Source of the DNA: an uncultured Candidatus Peribacteria bacterium
GTDB lineage: Bacteria > Patescibacteriota > Gracilibacteria > BD1-5 > UBA6164
Direction of reading: 5' to 3'
Assembly (NCBI GenBank): GCA_964545685.1
Contig: CAZJHB010000001.1
Span: forward strand, 118,470 to 182,469
DNA: 64,000 nt
Shown: one piece after another, positions 55,658 through 63,290 of the stretch
Layout: the number at the start of each line of letters is the position of its first letter
Numbering within the stretch: the stretch's first letter is position 1
Translations under genes and position numbers: made by a program
The notes under the pieces: model-generated
Databases searched by the model: none
Told to the model about the DNA's origin: nothing
What the model saw: only the letters and a program-made list of their open reading frames with translations

Positions 55658-56299
55658 ATGTCCGAAGGAAGTTCTAATTGCAAGAAGTTTTATATTAATT
55701 ATGATAATCGTAAAGAAGCATATAATTATATCGCTAATATTTCATACTACGCAGTCAAAGATGCATATAAAATGTATATCAAAAAACATCCTGAAGAAGA
55801 TGAAATATGTAAAAATATGTTAGATTTGATATATATTTTAGAAAAATACGATATTGATGATACAACCGGAATTTATTTGACGGGATTATCGTTAAAAAAT
55901 CATGGATTAACAAAAGAAAATTGCTATACCAATGCACGTAAATTTATTGAAAATAAAGATTTTAGAAGCGAAGCTTTAGCCCATAATAGAAATAAAATTG
56001 TAGGCGGCGAAATTGATGATAAAAAAGAAAGATATTATAATTATGTTGATAAAGTAATTGAAGGATTTATTACAAAAAGAGCTACTGATAACAAGTTTAC
56101 AAGAATGTTAAATGATTATGTATTAGACTTTACTAATTTTGATGATACAAAGAATCCATCAGAATACGAATATGTTGATGTTGAAACATGTTACGTGGCT
56201 ACACCAATTAGCGGTTGGCTTAATTTAGCTCATACAATGGGTATTTTCCGTTTCAACATAAACAATATTGTTTATCAAGAGAATTTTGATAAAGAATAA
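55658..56299 (+). CDS. hypothetical protein (213 aa)
   Basis: Track ORF with ATG start and a promoter octamer upstream. No family recognised. Confidence 0.6.
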   Translation: MSEGSSNCKKFYINYDNRKEAYNYIANISYYAVKDAYKMYIKKHPEEDEICKNMLDLIYILEKYDIDDTTGIYLTGLSLKNHGLTKENCYTNARKFIENKDFRSEALAHNRNKIVGGEIDDKKERYYNYVDKVIEGFITKRATDNKFTRMLNDYVLDFTNFDDTKNPSEYEYVDVETCYVATPISGWLNLAHTMGIFRFNINNIVYQENFDKE

Positions 56300-56303
56300 A
56301 AAA

Positions 56304-57731
56304 TTATATAGTTATATGTGTTAAGTTTATATTTTTTTCACGAGATATTCTAAATACTCTATTGGTTTTTTGCATAATTTCAGTTTTTGTATATTTTTTA
56401 TCTGCATCATCAATAATTAAATAATCTGTAATACTGTCTAAATTTAATCCTTCGATATTATTTATTGTTAAATTATCTTTATTAATGTTAAAATTATTAA
56501 TAACCCAATCATATATTGCATTGTTATATACACTTATAAAATATGAATTTTTAGTTAAGATGCTATTAATTATATTTTTTATAACACTTAAATTAACATA
56601 TTCAACTGTGTTGTTCTTTTTGTTATTATCGTCTATCATAATTATATTATTAAATAAATTAATATGTTTATTACATGTTTGACAAATGTTTGTACAATGA
56701 TTATTAGTATTAAAATTAGTAGATTTATATGTATTCATAAATGTAATATAACATTCAGCATGTATTGCATGTCCACAATCACCGTATATGATTAACTTAT
56801 CTATATTATTAAAAACTTTTCTGCAGATAGGACATACCAATTTATCATTTGTCAATTTCAATAATGAATTAAAATCTAATGCTAGTAATTGATTGAAATC
56901 TGTTAATTCTATTTCCGTATCATGTTTTTCAGCATTAATGTAATCTAATAAACTATATAGATATGATTTATTTATATGATCATATTTTTTATTTGTTAAA
57001 ATACTATTTATAAACATTGTACAATTCGATGATGGTATAATATTTAATATATTATTTACAATGTCCTTATTATCATTGGATTGTAGCAATAATGATACAT
57101 AGTATTGTTTATCAACATAATTACGTAATTTTTCATAATTCGTATCAAGTATATATTTATTTTCTATAATATCAAATGCATAATATTTTTTTAAATCTTC
57201 ATATAAATAACGAATTTCATGTATATTTAAATGTTTAACATAATTCACTTCGTAATTTTCCATTTTTTCAACATATCTTAGATATAATAACTTATCAAAT
57301 GTTTTAAATGTATTTAAATAATATGATTGAACATCATCTAATATAACCAATAATTTCATACCATACATAGTAAACATTGATAAGATGTTACAAATATCAC
57401 CATGTGTTGATATAATAATATCATAATCATTGATTGTATCAAAATCCATCTTGTTATTTGCATTTTTATATAGTAATATGTTTGAAAAACTTGTCCATTT
57501 TTTGTATTCATTTAATACTTGTAATGCTAATTTCTCATTTTCTGCAATATAAATAGTTCTATAACCATCCTCTATTAATATGATAGAAGGAATAATAGCA
57601 GATAAGGTTTTACCAGATCCGGTATAACTCGAATTCCATATATGATTATATTTGTTATTTTTATTTGTTAAACATATATATGGAAGGTATTGATCCTCGC
57701 GGTATTTATCGATATTTTTTAAATACTCCAT
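56304..57731 (-). CDS. SF2 helicase-like ATPase with an inserted RING-H2 finger
   Basis: Motif I YTGSGKTLSAI, motif II LLVILDDVQ, motif VI-like QKTNRVFRISR. Between the lobes lies CPICRKVF-x11-CGHAIHAEC-x21-CQTC, a C3H2C3 RING pattern. Confidence 0.65.
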   Translation of the reverse strand: MEYLKNIDKYREDQYLPYICLTNKNNKYNHIWNSSYTGSGKTLSAIIPSIILIEDGYRTIYIAENEKLALQVLNEYKKWTSFSNILLYKNANNKMDFDTINDYDIIISTHGDICNILSMFTMYGMKLLVILDDVQSYYLNTFKTFDKLLYLRYVEKMENYEVNYVKHLNIHEIRYLYEDLKKYYAFDIIENKYILDTNYEKLRNYVDKQYYVSLLLQSNDNKDIVNNILNIIPSSNCTMFINSILTNKKYDHINKSYLYSLLDYINAEKHDTEIELTDFNQLLALDFNSLLKLTNDKLVCPICRKVFNNIDKLIIYGDCGHAIHAECYITFMNTYKSTNFNTNNHCTNICQTCNKHINLFNNIIMIDDNNKKNNTVEYVNLSVIKNIINSILTKNSYFISVYNNAIYDWVINNFNINKDNLTINNIEGLNLDSITDYLIIDDADKKYTKTEIMQKTNRVFRISREKNINLTHITI

Positions 57732-57756
57732 TATTTTATACTAAAAAAATCATTTT

Positions 57757-58335
57757 TTATTTTTCTTCATTAATATTATAAGAAATATTATTATTCATAA
57801 TCTGAAGATATATATTATTTAATTTTTTATTATTTTGGATATATTTTAAAGAATTGCTTGCAATATTTTTAATTTTTTCTTCAGACAATAAGTTGTGACC
57901 AATACCATCATGATCATCTTTATATAGTGAAAACATATTATTTAGAAATTTATACATAATATGAATAAGATCATCACCGGGTTGATATGATGTGGAACCG
58001 ATTATATCATCATATTCATGATAATGTGAAAGAGTTACACATATAGCCATGTTTGTTTTGTATACACCGGTAGGCGTTAATACTCTAATTATAGGAGCAT
58101 ATAATGGATATTCTCGAAAACTAAATTGTATTATATAATAACCACCATCAAACAACTTTGCTGTATCAATATATCGAGATATAAGCTCTTGATCAACATG
58201 AACTAAATAATACACAATAAAATTATTATCTTCCATTAAGGTTGTTATTTTTATATTTAAATCATTATTTTCTTTTAGCATTTTAGCATAATTTTTAAAT
58301 TCAGAAACAATTCTATGAAGATTTATGTTACTCAT
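57757..58335 (-). CDS. ubiquitin-conjugating enzyme E2, UBE2J/Ubc6-like
   Basis: GGYYIIQFSFREYPLYAPIIRVLTPTGVYKTNMAICVTLSHYHEYD resembles UBE2J GG.yhG.i.FP.eYPfkPPsi.mlTPNGRF...kiCLSiS.fHPe.W, with the active-site Cys in AICVTLS. No C-terminal TM tail is present. Confidence 0.7.
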   Translation of the reverse strand: MSNINLHRIVSEFKNYAKMLKENNDLNIKITTLMEDNNFIVYYLVHVDQELISRYIDTAKLFDGGYYIIQFSFREYPLYAPIIRVLTPTGVYKTNMAICVTLSHYHEYDDIIGSTSYQPGDDLIHIMYKFLNNMFSLYKDDHDGIGHNLLSEEKIKNIASNSLKYIQNNKKLNNIYLQIMNNNISYNINEEK

Positions 58336-58462
58336 GACATTTATGTTAAAAAAATCATTTTTATAATTTTGTTATATAATCAAATATGTATAGTGCATGA
58401 ATCAAAGCAATTAATAAATATTGTTATTTATATGATAATAATTATTTTTTAATCAAAAATTA

Positions 58463-58484
58463 ATATATATATATATATATATAT
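58463..58484. repeat. (AT)11 microsatellite
   Basis: atatatatatatatatatatat in the spacer between the RCC1 array and the E2 gene. Confidence 0.9.
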
Positions 58485-58621
58485 GATTAGTTTATCTAAT
58501 TGTAAAAAATATTTATATATTAGAAAATCATTATAATTTTTTGTAGATTACACACAACTTTGTTGTGTGAACCAACTCCAAGATACCTCTATATATATAT
58601 AAACTTTATCATCATTTATTA

Positions 58622-60070
58622 TTAAACTGCATTCGGCATGTATATATTTATAAATACAGATTTTTTGTCGAGTAAAACTTTCTGTGGAATATATATAACT
58701 TTGTCATATGAAGCAACTCTAAGACGTCCATTATAATAGTTATCACCACATGCATAATAATTATTATCAACTGTTGTAATATACATATAATATTTATCTA
58801 TATGAATACACGTAATTTTTTCTTCGATTAAAACTTTTTGTGGAATACGTAAAACTTTATAACGTGAACCAACTCCAAGTTGCCCATACTTATTACCACC
58901 ACATGCATAAACTTTATTATCAATTGTTATAAAATATGTTCGATGCCAACTTGATTCAATACTTTTGATTTTTTCTTCGAGTAAAACTTTTTGTGGAATA
59001 TACACGACTTTATCATATGAACCAACTCCAAGTTGCCCATACTTATTACCACCACATGCATAAACTTTATTATTAATTAGTATAAAATATGTTTGGTCAT
59101 AATTTGATTTAATATCTTTAATTTTTTCTTTAATTAAAACTTTTTGTGGAATACGCACAACTTTATCATATGAACCAATTCCAAGATGCCCATATTCATT
59201 ATTGCCGCATGCATAAAATTTATTATCAATTGTTATAAAATATGTTCGATGCCAACTTGATTCAATATCTTTGATTTTTTCTTCGAGTAAAACTTTTTGT
59301 GGAATGCGTAAAACTTTATAACGTGAACCAACTCCAAGTTGCCCATACTCATTCTTACCACATGCATAAACTTCATTATCAAATGTTATAAAATATGTAT
59401 GGTTATATTCTAATTTAGTATCTTTAATTTTTTCTTTGATTAAAACTTTTTGTGGAATACAAACAACTTTGTCATATAAACCAATTCCAAGATGTCCATA
59501 TTCATTATCACCACACGCATAAACTTTATTATTATTTGTTATAAAATATGTACGATAATATATTAATTTGATATCTTTAATTTTTTCTTCGATTAAAACT
59601 TTTTGTGGAATATACACAACTTTATCATATGAACCAATTCCAAGCTGCCCACATGCATTATTACCACATGCATAACACTCATCATCGATTGTTATAAAAT
59701 ATGTTTGATTATATTTTAATGCAATAATATCTTTGATTTTTTCTTCAATTAAAACCTTTTGTGGAATGAGTTCAAAATCGCTGTCTGAACCAATTCCAAG
59801 ATATCCATCATGATTATTACCACATGCATAAACTTCATTATCAAATGTTATAAAATATGTTTGGTTATAGTCTGATTTAATGTCTTTAATTTTTTCTTCG
59901 ATCAAAACTTTTTGTGGAATGTGAATAACTCCACTATATAATCCAGTTCCAAGATGTCCATAGCTGTTATTACCACATCCATAATCTTTATTTGAATATG
60001 TTTTATAAAATTGATTATTATAAATTTCAGATACTGTATTGCAAGAATTATAAGTATTGATAAACGGCAT
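58622..60070 (-). CDS. RCC1-like repeat protein, array member 1 (nine ~51-aa repeats)
   Basis: The track ORF start at 60097 is the ATG inside AAAAATGATTTTTTTT, which overlaps the TGA of the upstream gene. The paralogs start at MPFINTYNSC, so the start is 60070. Repeats read YACGNN.YG.LGIGSYDKVV.IPQKVLIEEKIKDIK. Confidence 0.85.
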   Translation of the reverse strand: MPFINTYNSCNTVSEIYNNQFYKTYSNKDYGCGNNSYGHLGTGLYSGVIHIPQKVLIEEKIKDIKSDYNQTYFITFDNEVYACGNNHDGYLGIGSDSDFELIPQKVLIEEKIKDIIALKYNQTYFITIDDECYACGNNACGQLGIGSYDKVVYIPQKVLIEEKIKDIKLIYYRTYFITNNNKVYACGDNEYGHLGIGLYDKVVCIPQKVLIKEKIKDTKLEYNHTYFITFDNEVYACGKNEYGQLGVGSRYKVLRIPQKVLLEEKIKDIESSWHRTYFITIDNKFYACGNNEYGHLGIGSYDKVVRIPQKVLIKEKIKDIKSNYDQTYFILINNKVYACGGNKYGQLGVGSYDKVVYIPQKVLLEEKIKSIESSWHRTYFITIDNKVYACGGNKYGQLGVGSRYKVLRIPQKVLIEEKITCIHIDKYYMYITTVDNNYYACGDNYYNGRLRVASYDKVIYIPQKVLLDKKSVFINIYMPNAV

Positions 60071-60093
60071 TACAAGTTTTGAAGTAAAAAAAA

Positions 60094-61491
60094 TCATTTT
60101 TCAATTTTTTGTGGAATACACACGACTTTATCATATGAACCAATATCAAGATGTCCATTGATATTACTGCCACATACATATACTACATCATTAATTGCTG
60201 TAAAATATGTTTTTTCATAATATATTTCAATATTTTTAATTTTTTCTTCGATTAAAACTTTTTGTGGAATACAAACAACTTTGTCATGTGAACCATTTCC
60301 AAGTTGCCCAACCGCATTATTACCACATGTATAAATTTCATTATTAAATGTTATAAAATATGTTCGATACCAATCTAATTTAATATCTTTAATTTTTTCT
60401 TTAAGTAAAACTTTTTGTGGAATACAAACAACTTTATCATATGAACCAATTCCAAGCTGCCCATAATGATCAATACCATATGCATATAATTCGTTATTAC
60501 TTGTTATAAAATATATTAGATCCTTATATATTAGAATATCTTTAATTTTTTCTTCGATTAAAACTTTTTGTGGAATATATACAACTTTATTATGTGAATC
60601 AACTCCAAGTTGCCCGTAATTATTATTACCACATACATATACTTCATCATTAATTGTTGTAAAATATGTTCGTTCACATTTAAAGTTAATATCTTTGATT
60701 TTTTCTTCAATTAAAACTTTTTGTGGATTATATATATATTTATCATGTGAACCAATTCCAAGTTGCCCAGCATTATTATCACCACACGCATAAACTGTAT
60801 TATCGATTGTTGTAAAATATGTGTGATAATAATCACCTTTAATATTTTTAATTTTTTCTTCGATTAAAACTTTTTGTGGAATATATACATCTTTATCATG
60901 TGAACCAATTCCAAGATGTCCATCGTCATTATCACCACATGCATAAACCTCGTCATTAACTGTTATAAAACATGTTTGTTTACAATTTAATTTAATATCT
61001 TTAATTTTTTCTTCAAGTAAAACTTTTTGTGGAATACACACAACTTTGTTGTGTGAACCAATTCCGGCCAGACCATTCTCATTATCACCACATGCATAAA
61101 CCTCGTCATTAACTGTTATAAAACATGTTTGTTTACAATTTGATTTAATATCTTTAATTTTTTCTTCAAGTAAAACTTTTTGTGGAATATGCACACCTTT
61201 GCCATGTGAACCAATTCCAAGCTGCCCATTATAATTAATACCACATGCATATAATTTATTAGTAATTGTTATAAAATATGTTCGATGCCAAATTGATTTA
61301 ATATCTTTAATTTTTTCTTTGAATAAAACTTTTTGTGGAATACGCACAACTTCTTTGTCTGAACCAATTCCAAGTTGCATATTTCTATTATCACCATATG
61401 CATAAACTTTATTTGAATATATTTTATAAAATGTATTATTATAAATTTCAGATATTATATCACAAGAATTATACGTATTAATAAACGGCAT
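60094..61491 (-). CDS. RCC1-like repeat protein, array member 2
   Basis: MPFINTYNSCDIISEIYNN followed by nine repeats (YAYGDNRNMQLGIGS ... YVCGSNINGHLDIGS). Confidence 0.85.
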   Translation of the reverse strand: MPFINTYNSCDIISEIYNNTFYKIYSNKVYAYGDNRNMQLGIGSDKEVVRIPQKVLFKEKIKDIKSIWHRTYFITITNKLYACGINYNGQLGIGSHGKGVHIPQKVLLEEKIKDIKSNCKQTCFITVNDEVYACGDNENGLAGIGSHNKVVCIPQKVLLEEKIKDIKLNCKQTCFITVNDEVYACGDNDDGHLGIGSHDKDVYIPQKVLIEEKIKNIKGDYYHTYFTTIDNTVYACGDNNAGQLGIGSHDKYIYNPQKVLIEEKIKDINFKCERTYFTTINDEVYVCGNNNYGQLGVDSHNKVVYIPQKVLIEEKIKDILIYKDLIYFITSNNELYAYGIDHYGQLGIGSYDKVVCIPQKVLLKEKIKDIKLDWYRTYFITFNNEIYTCGNNAVGQLGNGSHDKVVCIPQKVLIEEKIKNIEIYYEKTYFTAINDVVYVCGSNINGHLDIGSYDKVVCIPQKIEK

Positions 61492-61515
61492 TACAAGTTT
61501 TAAAGTTAAAAAAAA

Positions 61516-62913
61516 TCATTTTTTAACTTTTTGTGGAATGCACACACTTTCATCGTCTAAACCAACTCCAAGTACCCCTTTATAGTTATTACCACATACA
61601 TATACTTCATCATCGATTGTTGTAAAATATATTCGATTATAATGTATTTTAATATCTTTAATTTTTTCTTCAATTAAAACCTTTTGTGGAATACACACAA
61701 CTGGGTTGTCTGAACCAACACCAAGTTGCCTATAACCATTATCACCATATGCATAAAATTCATTATTAATTGTTAATAAAAATGTTTGATTGCATTCTGA
61801 TATTATATTTTTAATTTTTTCTTCGATTAAAACTTTTTGTGGAATACACGCAACTTTGTTGCGTGAACCAATTCCAAGATGCCCATAGTTGTTATTACCA
61901 CACGCATATACTTCATCATTAATTGCTATAAAATATGTTTGTTCCCTAAGTATTTTAATTTCTTTAATTTTTTCTTCGATTAAAACTTTTTGTGGAATAA
62001 ACACAAATTCATCATTTGAACCAGTTCCTAGTTGCCCACATTCATTATCACCACATCCATAAACTTCATTATTAATTGTTATAAAATATATTCGATTACA
62101 ATCTAATTTAATATTTTTAATTTTTTCTTCGATTAAAACTTTTTGTGGAATATACGCAACTTTGTTGTGTGAACCAATTCCAAGATCCCCATAGTTGTTA
62201 CTACCACATGCATATACTTCATCATTAATTGCTATAAAATATGTTTGTTTCCCAAGTATTTTAATTTCTTTAATTTTTTCTTCGATTAAAACTTTTTGTG
62301 GAATACACACAGCACTATTACTTGAACCAATTCCTAGTTGCCTATAATTGTTACTACCACACGCATATACTTCATCATTAATTGCTATAAAATATGTTTG
62401 TTCCCCAAGTATTTTAATTTCTTTAATTTTTTCTTCGATTAAAACTTTTTGTGGAATATATACATCTGTATCATGTGATCCAACTCCAAGATATTCATTG
62501 TAATTATCACCACATGCATAATACTCATCATCGATTGTTTTAAAATATGCTCGAGCATTCTCTATTTTAATATCTTTAATTTTTTCTTCGATTAAAACTT
62601 TTTGTGGAATGTATACAAATTTATCATATGAACCAATTCCACTTATCCCATAAGAATTACAACCACATGCATAAACTTCATTATCTAAAGTTATAAAGTA
62701 TGTTAGTTCAATATATAGTTTAATATCTTTAATTTTTTCATTAATTAAAACTTTTTGTGGAATATATATATCTTCGTCGTATGAACCAATTCCAAGTTGC
62801 CCATATTGATTATTACCGCATGCATAAATTTTATATGAATATGTTTTATAAAATTTATTATTATAAATTTCAGATACTATATCACAAGAATTATACGTAT
62901 TAATAAACGGCAT
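61516..62913 (-). CDS. RCC1-like repeat protein, array member 3
   Basis: MPFINTYNSCDIVSEIYNN followed by nine repeats. Three blades are nearly identical (EIKILGEQTYFIAINDEVYACGSNNY...). Confidence 0.85.
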   Translation of the reverse strand: MPFINTYNSCDIVSEIYNNKFYKTYSYKIYACGNNQYGQLGIGSYDEDIYIPQKVLINEKIKDIKLYIELTYFITLDNEVYACGCNSYGISGIGSYDKFVYIPQKVLIEEKIKDIKIENARAYFKTIDDEYYACGDNYNEYLGVGSHDTDVYIPQKVLIEEKIKEIKILGEQTYFIAINDEVYACGSNNYRQLGIGSSNSAVCIPQKVLIEEKIKEIKILGKQTYFIAINDEVYACGSNNYGDLGIGSHNKVAYIPQKVLIEEKIKNIKLDCNRIYFITINNEVYGCGDNECGQLGTGSNDEFVFIPQKVLIEEKIKEIKILREQTYFIAINDEVYACGNNNYGHLGIGSRNKVACIPQKVLIEEKIKNIISECNQTFLLTINNEFYAYGDNGYRQLGVGSDNPVVCIPQKVLIEEKIKDIKIHYNRIYFTTIDDEVYVCGNNYKGVLGVGLDDESVCIPQKVKK

Positions 62914-62937
62914 TACAAGTTTTAAAATTAAAAAAAA

Positions 62938-63264
62938 TCATTTTTTAATTTTTTGCGGAACACGTACTTTTGCATCATCTGAACTAATTCCAAGCTTCCC
63001 AATACTATTATCACCACATGCTTAAACTTCATTATTAATTGTTAATAAAAATGTTTGATCGCATTATGATATTATATTTTTAATTTTTTCTTCAATTAAA
63101 ACCTTTTGTGGAATACACGCAACTTTGTTACGTGAACCAATTCCAAGTTGCCCACATTCATTATTAACACATGCATAAACTTTATTTGAATATATTTTAT
63201 AAAATGTATTATCATAAATTTCAGATACTATATCACAAGAATTATACGTATTGATAAACAGCAT
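62938..63264 (-). pseudogene. decayed RCC1-like array member (two blades, two in-frame TAA)
   Basis: Track ORF 63064..63264 (MLFINTYNSCDIVSEIYDN...KNIIS*). The same frame continues as CDQTFLLTINNEV*ACGDNSIGKLGISSDDAKVRVPQKIKK*. The stops replace E (GAA) and Y (TAT) of the intact paralog string NIISECNQTFLLTINNEFYAYGDN. Confidence 0.8.
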
Positions 63265-63290
63265 TACAAGTTTTAAAGTTAAAAAAATTA

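Noticed and set aside
6866-56682. Many 60-120-aa track ORFs overlapping longer genes: 6866, 7075, 9778, 9981, 11239, 12562, 13118, 17921, 19329, 19513, 19869, 26621, 27582, 28908, 29332, 30377, 30492, 33284, 33306, 34820, 35344, 36994, 38490, 40429, 41604, 42134, 42691, 45257, 51838, 52233, 53462, 54241, 56485
   Set aside because: They are antisense or out of frame relative to longer, motif-bearing or promoter-preceded ORFs. Their composition is typical of shadow ORFs in AT-rich DNA (Ile/Phe/Leu/Ser-rich), and none has a promoter-like word at the expected spacing.
20556-60097. Using the ATG inside the AAAAATGA word as the true start codon (track starts 20580, 49614, 54278, 60097, possibly 46358)
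   Set aside because: In paralogous or sister loci the same ATG is out of frame (61491, 62913) or closed by a stop (26581, 38038). The downstream ATG lies at the usual 24-27-nt spacing. The ambiguity remains for 37052, 36415 and 39541.
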